From positions 300,405 through 364,404 of IMG/VR virus record IMGVR_UViG_3300031787_007614: a stretch of 64,000 nucleotides of DNA. The stretch is one strand, 5' to 3'. Positions 21,904-31,293 of this stretch are shown here, one piece after another. The translations under genes and the position numbers were made by a program. Position 1 is the first letter of the stretch. Every line of letters starts with the position of its first letter. Below the pieces are notes generated by a model that worked only from the letters and a program-made list of their open reading frames with translations, made no database searches and was not told the DNA's origin.

Positions 21904-21910
21904 TTCACTA
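21891..21910 (+). repeat. 10-bp tandem duplication TAATTCACTA x2
   Basis: Read directly at the gene junction. Confidence 0.9.
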
Positions 21911-21912
21911 TA

Positions 21913-23172
21913 ATGTCATATAATTACAACTCTACAGATCTAGTAAGACCCACAGAATTAACTGAGCGTGAGGAATTCTTACTAAAAGATTCAAAGACAT
22001 TTTGCATTTATCCCTGGATCCATTTGCACGCCTATCCCACAGGCGAGGCATATCCCTGCTGTCATGCTGAAATGAAGCCAGGCATAGTAGGCAACTGTAG
22101 AACAAATACCTTAGAAGAAATATGGCAGGATGCACCCATGCAGAAGCTACGTGCAGACATGCTGAGCGAAACGCCACACGCTGCCTGCACACGTTGTTAT
22201 GAGCAGGAAGAATCAGGATTCTTTTCAGGCCGTAAGAGTGCCAACAAACATCACGGACATCACATAAAGAAGCTGGATCAAAATCCTTTTGAAATGACCT
22301 ACTGGGACATTCGTTTCTCAAACTTGTGCAATCTAAAATGCCGTAGCTGCGGATACATATTCAGCTCACAATGGTATCAGGATCAAGCCAAACTTGCTGG
22401 CGGCGACTGGAAAGCCCGCAACACAGTGCTAAACTATGCAGGGCGTACTGAAACTGACATGTGGGAACAATTAAAGCCTCATTTGGACTATGTGGAACAG
22501 ATCTACTTTGCTGGCGGTGAACCCTTGCTTATGGCGGAACACTACAATATTCTAGACGAGCTGGTGCGAAGAAAACGCTTTGACGTTAGACTCATATACA
22601 ACACCAACTTCACACACACGGATCTCAAGGGTCGTTCAGTATTTGAATACTGGCGCCAGTTCGATTCAGTTGCTGTGGGTGCCAGCCTGGATGCGTCGGG
22701 CGCACGTGGGGAATACATTAGAAAAGGCACAGACTGGGCCGTAGTAGAACAGAACAGACGTGATATGTTGCGTGTGTGCCCTGAAGTGGATTTTTACATT
22801 TCACCTACCTTGAGCATAATGAATGCCTGGCACCTGCCTGATTTCCACCGTGACTGGGTGGAAAAAGGCCTGATCCGCGCACAGGATTTAAATATAAATA
22901 TCCTACAAGATCCTGCGCACTATAGAATAGACATTGCCACAGCCGAATACAAACACTCACTCACAGCACTGTATCAAAATCATATCCATTGGCTTAAAGG
23001 TCAGGACCCGCTAAATCGTGCCACACAAGGCTTTGAATCAGCCATTACCTTTATGATGGCCACAGACAACACACACTTGATAGATACATTCTGGCGCAAA
23101 ACAAATGAACTAGATTCAATAAGAAATGAATCAATATTGGATATAATTCCAGAATTGGCGGCACTAAAATGA
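21913..23172 (+). CDS. Twitch/SPASM-domain radical SAM protein
   Basis: CNLKCRSC, GGEP, N-terminal PCC and CTRC. Confidence 0.85.
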   Translation: MSYNYNSTDLVRPTELTEREEFLLKDSKTFCIYPWIHLHAYPTGEAYPCCHAEMKPGIVGNCRTNTLEEIWQDAPMQKLRADMLSETPHAACTRCYEQEESGFFSGRKSANKHHGHHIKKLDQNPFEMTYWDIRFSNLCNLKCRSCGYIFSSQWYQDQAKLAGGDWKARNTVLNYAGRTETDMWEQLKPHLDYVEQIYFAGGEPLLMAEHYNILDELVRRKRFDVRLIYNTNFTHTDLKGRSVFEYWRQFDSVAVGASLDASGARGEYIRKGTDWAVVEQNRRDMLRVCPEVDFYISPTLSIMNAWHLPDFHRDWVEKGLIRAQDLNINILQDPAHYRIDIATAEYKHSLTALYQNHIHWLKGQDPLNRATQGFESAITFMMATDNTHLIDTFWRKTNELDSIRNESILDIIPELAALK

Positions 23173-24386
23173 ATATTCCACACGATCAATTTTGCGTATT
23201 GCCCTGGGTGAGTTTAGAAGCCTCTCCCATTGGCACTGTACGCCCATGTTGTCTGGCAGATGATGAACTGACGGATGACTCTGGCACAAAGTTCTCGCTA
23301 TTGAATGCTAACTTTGCTGACATACAAAACTCACGTGCAATGACACGCCTGCGTGAACAGTTTCTTGCAGGCGAAAAGCCACAGACCTGCCGCAAGTGCT
23401 GGATGGAAGAACGTGCTGGCCGCACATCAAAACGCATGCACACCTTGGACAGAATGAAACACATGGGCATATCAGGAGAATGGACCACTGACGCCAAGCC
23501 GCTGATGTTCCTGGATTTGAAGCTGGGCAACATCTGCAATTTAAAATGTCGTATATGCGGATCATGGTCATCAAGCCAATTTGCCACAGAAGAATTAAAT
23601 GACATGCATCCAGATGACGATAAGAAAAAGACATTTCCCTATCAGATGCTGCGAGCAGGTGCGTGGCCCAGGGAAAATCAATCATTTTGGACAGAAATTG
23701 ATGCCTGTTTAAATGACATACGCTACATTGAATTTACAGGTGGCGAGCCATTCATGATTGATCAGCACTTTGACATGTTGCAGGGCATTGTGGATCGCGG
23801 AATTGCACATCAAGTGGAAATACACTACAACACAAATGGCACACAATGGCCTGCTCGCGGCCCGGACATCTGGCGCCATTTTAAAACAGTAGAAGTGGCG
23901 TTCTCAATAGATGATGTGGGTGAACGCTTTGAATATCAACGCACCAATGCAGACTGGGCATTGGTGCTGGACACAATCACAAGTTTTCAATATCTTAGAG
24001 ATCAACTGCCCAACCTGCGTTTACAATGCTGTAGTACCGTGAATGTGTTTAATGTGCGGTACATTGATCAACTAGCACACTGGATAGCACTGCAACGCTT
24101 TGACTTTGTGTACTGGAACATGATGCATGATGCCTGGTACTTTTCAATTGCCACACTGCCTGACACAGCCAAAGCTGCTGTCACAGAACACCTACGTTCA
24201 GCAGATGTGCCCGCACAATATCGTGAGGAGTTTGATAGAATCACAGACTTTATGAATGGGGGTGCGTCAACGGACGGCTTTATGTTGCGAATGAAAGTAC
24301 GTGATTTAGATCGCAAAAGAAAACAAAATTTACGTGATGTAGCGCCAGAATTTGCTGAAATAATTGGGTATGACTATGACCAGTAA
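23169..24386 (+). CDS. Twitch/SPASM-domain radical SAM protein
   Basis: CNLKCRIC, GGEP, N-terminal PCC and CRKC. Confidence 0.85.
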   Translation: MNIPHDQFCVLPWVSLEASPIGTVRPCCLADDELTDDSGTKFSLLNANFADIQNSRAMTRLREQFLAGEKPQTCRKCWMEERAGRTSKRMHTLDRMKHMGISGEWTTDAKPLMFLDLKLGNICNLKCRICGSWSSSQFATEELNDMHPDDDKKKTFPYQMLRAGAWPRENQSFWTEIDACLNDIRYIEFTGGEPFMIDQHFDMLQGIVDRGIAHQVEIHYNTNGTQWPARGPDIWRHFKTVEVAFSIDDVGERFEYQRTNADWALVLDTITSFQYLRDQLPNLRLQCCSTVNVFNVRYIDQLAHWIALQRFDFVYWNMMHDAWYFSIATLPDTAKAAVTEHLRSADVPAQYREEFDRITDFMNGGASTDGFMLRMKVRDLDRKRKQNLRDVAPEFAEIIGYDYDQ

Positions 24387-25383
24387 TCTGGTATTGATGC
24401 ACGACACCAGACTGGTTCCTGCCAATTTGTCAAGGCATTTTCCTGTGGACTATGAGTTTTTTGATCCTGGCAAAACATATCCCAGCAACACAGTTTTTGT
24501 TTATGATCATTATCTCAGTGAAATTGCAGTCAAACAGCATCTTGACAGTCATCTGCAAGCTGGCTACAGAGTAATATACGACAACAAAAATGAACATTGG
24601 TTTACCACTGACCAATGGTGGATTGTTGAGCTGCTACAAAAATATCCACAACAACACCTTTTGTTTAGTTTGGGATCACAGCCTGGCGCATTGCCTGGAC
24701 TCAGAGTGCAGGCTGTGCCTGCTTGGATATGGCTGCGTTGCCGAGACTATTGGGAAAAATTGAACTATCACAATATTGCATATACTCCAACTGCACGGTA
24801 TAAAACATTGTGTATGATCAACTACACACGACCCTGGCGAGACCTGGTGTGGCAAGCATTGAATCCCATGGAGGCAGATGTGATGCGTAGTTATTTGTCC
24901 CAGGGGATCAGCATGCCCGACGATGTTACAGGTGATGGACACTTGTGGCAGGTAAATCCACGTTGGTTTCATATTTCTGCAATGAGCTTGGTGTGCGAAA
25001 GTTCAATTGGTGCTGTTTCTGGAGAAATTTCAGTCACTGCACCGTCAGGTGTGTTTGTGAGCGAAAAAAGTCTAAAGCCCATGGCCATGCAACATCCATT
25101 TATTGTGGTAGCAACCCCGGGTACCCTAGCAGAGATACAGAGTTTTGGATTTGAAACATTCCCAGAGTTATGGGACGAAAGCTACGATTCAATTGTGGAC
25201 TTTGGTCAGCGATTAAACGTCATTATGCAACAAGTGCAACAGTTTGATACAGCACAATTAAACCAGCTGGTAGTGCAACAAAAACTCCAACACAATCAGC
25301 ACAGGATTTTTGATCCTGCGGTAACACAGCAATTGCTACAGCAACAGGTGTTGGATCCCATATTAGAATTTTTAAATGAATAA
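24364..25383 (+). CDS. 'TEK-motif' putative glycosyltransferase
   Basis: VCES...VSEKSLKPM..QHPF...GFETF..LWDESYD. Confidence 0.5.
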   Translation: MGMTMTSNLVLMHDTRLVPANLSRHFPVDYEFFDPGKTYPSNTVFVYDHYLSEIAVKQHLDSHLQAGYRVIYDNKNEHWFTTDQWWIVELLQKYPQQHLLFSLGSQPGALPGLRVQAVPAWIWLRCRDYWEKLNYHNIAYTPTARYKTLCMINYTRPWRDLVWQALNPMEADVMRSYLSQGISMPDDVTGDGHLWQVNPRWFHISAMSLVCESSIGAVSGEISVTAPSGVFVSEKSLKPMAMQHPFIVVATPGTLAEIQSFGFETFPELWDESYDSIVDFGQRLNVIMQQVQQFDTAQLNQLVVQQKLQHNQHRIFDPAVTQQLLQQQVLDPILEFLNE

Positions 25384-26665
25384 ACCTGATACCATGTGCC
25401 TGGCACCTTGGGTGCATACCTATCTAAGCCCGCAAACTGAACGGCGCATGTGCTGTGCGTCACGCGAGCCTGCACAGAATTTTCGGCAGTACATAGACAC
25501 TGAGTCAGGTACTGGTCAGTATATTCCTGTCACACTTGAAGAACATTGGAATTCAAATCACATGCGATCAGTGCGTCGCAGAATGATGGCCGGAGAAACT
25601 TTACCTGAATGCGAAGTATGCAATGACCGACTCCTTAACACTAGCGTTTACCGCACCTACTTCGATCATTTATTTCAGCACAAACTGCCAGAAGTATACG
25701 CTAACACACAGCCCGATGGCACTACGACTATGGAACCTGTTTCATGGGATTATAGGTTCTCAAACTTATGTAACTTCAAATGCAGAACCTGCGGAGATAT
25801 GCTTTCAAGTGCCTGGGAGAGTGAACAAAAACAGAACAACATGGTCAACTGGGCTGATCCTAAAAACAATTGGATGCGAGACAGTATACGTGACAGCATC
25901 TCCCAATTTCAGGATAGTCAAATTGAAGCCGAATTTGCTGCCGCCGTTGAACAACATCGTGTAGAAGAAATCTACTGGGTGGGCGGAGAGCCGCTAATGT
26001 ACGAACAGCATTGGCGCCACATGAAAAGAATTGTTGAACTAGGAGATGGACCACGTGTTTATGCTAGATATAATACTAATCTCAGCCGTGTGCGTTACGG
26101 CGGTGTGGATCTATTTGATGATATCCTGGCGCACATTCGCGATTGGCAAATATGTGCTTCCCTGGATGGAACTGAGCAGATCGGGGAATATATTCGTACA
26201 GGATTGGATTATGCACAGTTCTGTCGTAATTTTGAACACGGACTCAAATACGCTACCAACCCTAGACAGATGCGTCTTGACTTTACCCTCACACTGCCCG
26301 GCATGTTCGAGACTGGCGCAATGGAAAAGTTATCACAGACGTATGGGGTACAATTGTTAGCCAAAGTGATATTCAGCTTTAGTCCAGACATTGTTATGAG
26401 TCCACTTGCGCTGCCCAGACACTTGTTGGATCCATGGGTTGACGAACTAGCAGGCCGCTCCGCAGGTGACATGCGTGATGTACTGCTACAATTAAAGAAC
26501 CGTCCATGCTTTGAGGAACAATGGCCGGATACATATCGCGCAGGACTTGCAAAAGGCAAAGCTCGTGTGTTACAATTAGAAAGCATACGCACACAGAAGA
26601 TTACTATGGCAGAAATACTTGCTCAAAGACCAGCAGTGCTAGAATGGTGGAATAAAATTGCTTGA
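25376..26665 (+). CDS. Twitch/SPASM-domain radical SAM protein
   Basis: CNFKCRTC, GGEP, N-terminal MCC and CEVC. Confidence 0.85.
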   Translation: MNKPDTMCLAPWVHTYLSPQTERRMCCASREPAQNFRQYIDTESGTGQYIPVTLEEHWNSNHMRSVRRRMMAGETLPECEVCNDRLLNTSVYRTYFDHLFQHKLPEVYANTQPDGTTTMEPVSWDYRFSNLCNFKCRTCGDMLSSAWESEQKQNNMVNWADPKNNWMRDSIRDSISQFQDSQIEAEFAAAVEQHRVEEIYWVGGEPLMYEQHWRHMKRIVELGDGPRVYARYNTNLSRVRYGGVDLFDDILAHIRDWQICASLDGTEQIGEYIRTGLDYAQFCRNFEHGLKYATNPRQMRLDFTLTLPGMFETGAMEKLSQTYGVQLLAKVIFSFSPDIVMSPLALPRHLLDPWVDELAGRSAGDMRDVLLQLKNRPCFEEQWPDTYRAGLAKGKARVLQLESIRTQKITMAEILAQRPAVLEWWNKIA

Positions 26666-27719
26666 TCACATTGAAATAGACCTACGCGGACAAAACAGCC
26701 TACTAACTGTGCATATAGATGTGGCGGACAACACACTAAGTCGCAAATGGCTAACCGCGCTAAATGACATCATTAGAACTGATCTTCATTTGGAAAAGAA
26801 TTACTGTTGGATGGGATGGACTGAAAGTGAACGAAATGCACAATACCTTTGTGAGCAAATTAATGCTAGTATTGATCACATCAATCGAAGTGGTATTGGC
26901 TATTGTATTGATTGTGATGCTTATACTGTAGAGAATACCATTGAGCCAGGAATCATTGGCACCAATCTAATCATCGGTGGCGTGGTGCATGAAAAAATGA
27001 ACAATCTACACAGGTATTTTGAAGACCTACAAGGGTGGTCAGGTGGCATTTCAAATTATTATACTCGTGCAGATCCTGCTACACGCTGGCACATACGTCA
27101 ACTAAATCTCCTGTGTCATGAATATGAAAGTCTTGTATTGAGCATGCGCAAGGCTGTGCATGCCCCTGAATGGCGCAGACCCTCACAGTTGATGTGTTGG
27201 CTTAATGCACCGCGTTTTGCACTAGAACCCGCGGACTATGAATTGTTTGGCGTAGAAACCATCAACAGAACTCTAGGCGGTGTTTATTTGGGTGTAAATA
27301 AAGCAGTTGGCAAACATCACTGGGAGGTGTTCAATGATGAAGGTAGGGATTCGCGTGTTGGCGAGCTTGTTACTACAGGACTGCGTGCTCAAACTGAAGC
27401 CGCTGGCGACTTTGATATCGAATGGGCCCGTGACCCAGGAGCATATCACTGGCAAATCAAAAAGTTACAAGAATTCCGCGCCTGGCTATTGGACAATGGG
27501 TTTGATCCAGAGGACAAAAGTCTCACCATTGGTCACCCAAAGGTGGCACAAGTTGACGTGATGCGAACATTTGGAACAACGGATTATGAAAAGATTTGGG
27601 CGCAGTTGGCTCAACATCTTGATGTGTTGAGCATACGTACCGGGTGGGGCGAAGCTACATACAACTATCGCTGGAGCGATCCAGACTATCATGAACAGCA
27701 AATAAGGAGATTGAAATGA
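26658..27719 (+). CDS. Hypothetical protein
   Basis: 353-aa coupled ORF; no recognised motif. Confidence 0.7.
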   Translation: MLDHIEIDLRGQNSLLTVHIDVADNTLSRKWLTALNDIIRTDLHLEKNYCWMGWTESERNAQYLCEQINASIDHINRSGIGYCIDCDAYTVENTIEPGIIGTNLIIGGVVHEKMNNLHRYFEDLQGWSGGISNYYTRADPATRWHIRQLNLLCHEYESLVLSMRKAVHAPEWRRPSQLMCWLNAPRFALEPADYELFGVETINRTLGGVYLGVNKAVGKHHWEVFNDEGRDSRVGELVTTGLRAQTEAAGDFDIEWARDPGAYHWQIKKLQEFRAWLLDNGFDPEDKSLTIGHPKVAQVDVMRTFGTTDYEKIWAQLAQHLDVLSIRTGWGEATYNYRWSDPDYHEQQIRRLK

Positions 27720-27817
27720 ATTGGATTAGACAAATTTGGGATAGAATTACACTAGAGTATCGTTATCGTAAAAAACTAAAAGAGCTACGCAAAAGAGATC
27801 CTTTTATCTACAAATGA
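27716..27817 (+). CDS. 33-aa basic peptide (not in ORF track)
   Basis: MNWIRQIWDRITLEYRYRKKLKELRKRDPFIYK; ATGA overlaps at both ends. Confidence 0.75.
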   Translation: MNWIRQIWDRITLEYRYRKKLKELRKRDPFIYK

Positions 27818-28461
27818 AAAATCAGTTACTCACAATAGGTGATAGCTTTACACATGGTGACGAATTGTCAGATGTGTATCAAGCCTGGCCCTATCGTCTG
27901 TCAGACAAACTAGGATACGAAGTCCACAATCTTGGACAGTCAGGGTGCAGTAACGCTAGTATTTTGCGTAGAACATTAGAAGAACTTGCGACCAATCATT
28001 ATGATTTAGTTATTATAGGGTGGACTTATCCGGGTAGAATTGAATGGAAAGATGACATTGGCATAGCGTATGATTTATGGCCAGGTGTGCCCAACGATAC
28101 TAAATTTTTTAAAGATCATCCTTGGAGAGTTGATTTTTTAAACTTTATAAGTCAACATCACAATTCTGCTTATCTATACCAACAGTATCTGATACAAACA
28201 ATTTTGTTGCAATCGTTTTGCCAAGTCAACAGCATTGATTATAGAATGTTAGATGTACAATGGCACAATTACTACAGAAAAGTTGGATCAGAAATGCATG
28301 ATAAGTTAGAAGCAAAAATAGATACAACAAAATTTATAGGTTGGCAAAAGTTTGGTATGAGAGAACTAGTGGCTGATTTACCAAAAGGTCCTCAAAATCA
28401 TCCGCTAGAACAAGGACATGAGAGAATAGCAAATGAAATCGCAAAACATATTGGGAATTAG
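27814..28461 (+). CDS. SGNH/GDSL-like hydrolase
   Basis: IGDSFTHG, NLGQSGCSN, NHPLEQGH. Confidence 0.7.
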   Translation: MKNQLLTIGDSFTHGDELSDVYQAWPYRLSDKLGYEVHNLGQSGCSNASILRRTLEELATNHYDLVIIGWTYPGRIEWKDDIGIAYDLWPGVPNDTKFFKDHPWRVDFLNFISQHHNSAYLYQQYLIQTILLQSFCQVNSIDYRMLDVQWHNYYRKVGSEMHDKLEAKIDTTKFIGWQKFGMRELVADLPKGPQNHPLEQGHERIANEIAKHIGN

Positions 28462-29923
28462 TGCAGGCTTTCATGACGCTGCCTTGACCTTGTTAGACCA
28501 GCACGGCAAGATTGTGTTTGCCGGCCATTCAGAACGTTACAGCAAGCAAAAAAATGATGCTGATATTTCATCAGCCATGCTTGACGAAATTGACATGAGT
28601 CAGGTAGGTACCATTGCGTACTACGAACGTCCGTGGATGAAACAACTGCGTCAATGGTATGCAGGACAGGGTATTGAGTGGAACAAAGTAACCACAAGAC
28701 AAATACTAGAGCAACAGCTTGGCGCTGACCAAGTCAATGGCAAACGCATTAAAAACTACAATCATCATTTGTGTCATGCTGCTGCTGGTTTTCAAACAAG
28801 CCCTTATCCCATAGCCACAGTGGTTGTGATAGATGCTGTGGGCGAATGGGACACAGTGTCAATCTGGGGAGCAATGTATGATAAAAATCTTAAAGCAACG
28901 TATACTCGACTTTGGTCGCAGAGTTATCCACATTCAATTGGATTATTCTACAGTGCTATTACTAAGCGCATTGGCCTACACCCACTAGACGAAGAATACA
29001 TCACCATGGGCATGGCCGGATGGGGAACACCTCGATGGACCGAAGTCATGCGTGATGTACTCGTGGACAATCCAGAACAACTGCGGTTTAGATCAAACTT
29101 ACACACAGGACTTGATTCAAGTTTTTTAGATTGTGCAACCAATGAAGATATTGCTGCTTCGGCACAACAACTCACAGAGTATCTAATACACCAAGTTATG
29201 ACCAAGGCCAAAAACTTTGGGTGGAGTGACAACTTGGTTTACATGGGCGGAGTGGCGCTAAACTGTTTGGCCAATAGGAGGTTAGGTGAATACTTTGATA
29301 ACATATGGATTATGCCTTGTCCTGGTGATGCTGGCAGTAGCCTGGGCGCCGCCGCTCTTGCACACGGCGGTTGTGTTCAGTGGACTAGTGCTAGTCTTGG
29401 CCATAATATACCTGGTGATTACCCTGTTTACAATGCCATGGCTGCTCTTCTCACTGATCGTATTGTGGGTGTGGCATCGGGCCGAGCAGAATTCGGACCC
29501 AGAGCCCTAGGCAATAGATCATTGCTAGCAGACCCCCGTGGCGCTGACATAAAAGACCAAGTGAATTCGATCAAACGCAGACAAAAATTTAGACCTTTTG
29601 CCCCAGTTATTCTGGAGGAGTTGGCTGACGATTACTTTGATATGCCTCGTTGCTGGAGTGACAGTAGGTATATGCAAATTGTCGCTCGTTGCCGGCATCC
29701 TGACTTATTTCCCGCTGTTATTCATGTTGACGGCACTAGTCGTGTACAGACTGTGCCCCGCGACGGATCAGGCATAAGAAAGCTGTTGGAAGCATGGTAC
29801 GCCGAGACAGGTTGCCCTATGTTGCTTAATACAAGTTTAAACATACGTGGGGAGCCAATGGTAAACGACAGAGCAGACGCAGACCGATTTGAAACACTGT
29901 ATGGTGTAAAGGTATGTTCATGA
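28433..29923 (+). CDS. O-carbamoyltransferase (NodU/CmcH family)
   Basis: FHDAA, HHLCHA, GGVALNC, GDAGSSLGAA, EFGPRALGNRSLL, FRPFAP, HVDGTSRVQTV, LNTSLN. Confidence 0.92.
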   Translation: MKSQNILGISAGFHDAALTLLDQHGKIVFAGHSERYSKQKNDADISSAMLDEIDMSQVGTIAYYERPWMKQLRQWYAGQGIEWNKVTTRQILEQQLGADQVNGKRIKNYNHHLCHAAAGFQTSPYPIATVVVIDAVGEWDTVSIWGAMYDKNLKATYTRLWSQSYPHSIGLFYSAITKRIGLHPLDEEYITMGMAGWGTPRWTEVMRDVLVDNPEQLRFRSNLHTGLDSSFLDCATNEDIAASAQQLTEYLIHQVMTKAKNFGWSDNLVYMGGVALNCLANRRLGEYFDNIWIMPCPGDAGSSLGAAALAHGGCVQWTSASLGHNIPGDYPVYNAMAALLTDRIVGVASGRAEFGPRALGNRSLLADPRGADIKDQVNSIKRRQKFRPFAPVILEELADDYFDMPRCWSDSRYMQIVARCRHPDLFPAVIHVDGTSRVQTVPRDGSGIRKLLEAWYAETGCPMLLNTSLNIRGEPMVNDRADADRFETLYGVKVCS

Positions 29924-30606
29924 TTATAATTATGGGCGATAGTTGGGGCGTGGGAGAATGGGGATCGGATAAAGATCGCAGTTGTTGTTTAACGGGTCCG
30001 GGAATAGGTCAATTGTTTTCTTTGCATGGCAAAGTAATAAATTTTAGTCAGGGCGGTGCTAATAATTTTGAACAACAACAGGAGTTTGAACGGTTGTTGG
30101 CAAAATTCAAACCAGATGACAATGATCAATTTTATTGGATAGTTACAGATCCTTTAAGAAATGTTGTACCTAGCACGTTACTAGAAACTGCTTCAAGTAT
30201 TGAATCTGCCGCACAAGAACTGTTAAATTTGTTTTTTAAAAATATTAATTTCATTGCAACTAGTCGCAATATAACCATTAGGTTAATTGGAGGGCTCTGT
30301 GATCTTGAACCTATATCTTACAGCCATTTAAAAGTGGTTGTTCCAAGTTGGTGCAAAATGCTTAATGCAACTCATACATCATCAATTTTTGTAGATGACA
30401 CAATTAAAGAGCTTGCACCATATATTGCAGCGCATAGGCCTGATTTAAAACATGAATGGACAGAAATAGCCAAAACTGCATTGGACAAAAGAAAAAGTGT
30501 TAAGTACTTAGAATCTTGTGGGCTAATAGTGGCAGACCATCCTTCAAGACAAGCGCACAGATTACTAAGAGATTATTTGTCACCGGGCAACGAAAATGTT
30601 TTTTAA
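29914..30606 (+). CDS. SGNH-like hydrolase
   Basis: MGDSWG block I, NFSQGGANN, DHP. Confidence 0.6.
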   Translation: MFMIIIMGDSWGVGEWGSDKDRSCCLTGPGIGQLFSLHGKVINFSQGGANNFEQQQEFERLLAKFKPDDNDQFYWIVTDPLRNVVPSTLLETASSIESAAQELLNLFFKNINFIATSRNITIRLIGGLCDLEPISYSHLKVVVPSWCKMLNATHTSSIFVDDTIKELAPYIAAHRPDLKHEWTEIAKTALDKRKSVKYLESCGLIVADHPSRQAHRLLRDYLSPGNENVF

Positions 30607-30625
30607 AAACATTGGTGTTAATATA

Positions 30626-30751
30626 ATGCTAATTCAATCAGTTGATTCTTGTGGGAGTTTGACCTTGCACATACGTGGTGAGCCCATGGTCAACGATAGA
30701 GCAGATGCAGATAGATTTGAACGTGAGTATGGTGTCAAGGTCTGTTCATGA
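30626..30751 (+). pseudogene. Remnant duplicate of the carbamoyltransferase C-terminus (41-aa ORF)
   Basis: LHIRGEPMVNDRADADRFEREYGVKVCS* vs LNIRGEPMVNDRADADRFETLYGVKVCS* at 29837-29923. Confidence 0.85.
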
Positions 30752-31293
30752 ATGTGCATGCAATTCATTTGCCCAATCAGGCTCGATGTTTTTTAATTGA
30801 CAGCTTTTTCCCACAAAGTCATCTAGCCAGCATACATGAAATATGTGAGGCTTTCAGCAAAGAGTCTGTGGCCTGGCAGCATCCTGAGTGGACCACGTAT
30901 CGTTACATATATCAAAACTGCTCACCTGAATGGCAGTCAGTTGTGGACTATCTAAAAGTTCCCAACCCAGAACTCACTCAAGCACTGGGCTATGCTGTGA
31001 CATGTGATGAAGTGTTGTTATGGGCAGAGTTTCAAGGCATTGGAATATTGCAACCGCATGTTGAAATACCCGGCGGTAAAAATCTCAGTCAGTTGTATAT
31101 TACCAAACAGCCAGTGCCCAATAACGGCACTACCATCTATACCGATCAAAAAGAAATATTATGCTTGTTGCCGTATCGTGACAACTTTGGATGGTTCTTT
31201 GATGACAGTGGTCGAGTCATGCATGGGCGTGACAATGACGTACCACCAGACATCATACGTTTTACCATGATGATGCACTGGTCTAAAGTGTAA
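30748..31293 (+). CDS. Putative 2OG-Fe(II) oxygenase-like protein
   Basis: PHVE ... MHG ... RFTMMMHW jelly-roll-type pattern. Confidence 0.5.
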   Translation: MNVHAIHLPNQARCFLIDSFFPQSHLASIHEICEAFSKESVAWQHPEWTTYRYIYQNCSPEWQSVVDYLKVPNPELTQALGYAVTCDEVLLWAEFQGIGILQPHVEIPGGKNLSQLYITKQPVPNNGTTIYTDQKEILCLLPYRDNFGWFFDDSGRVMHGRDNDVPPDIIRFTMMMHWSKV

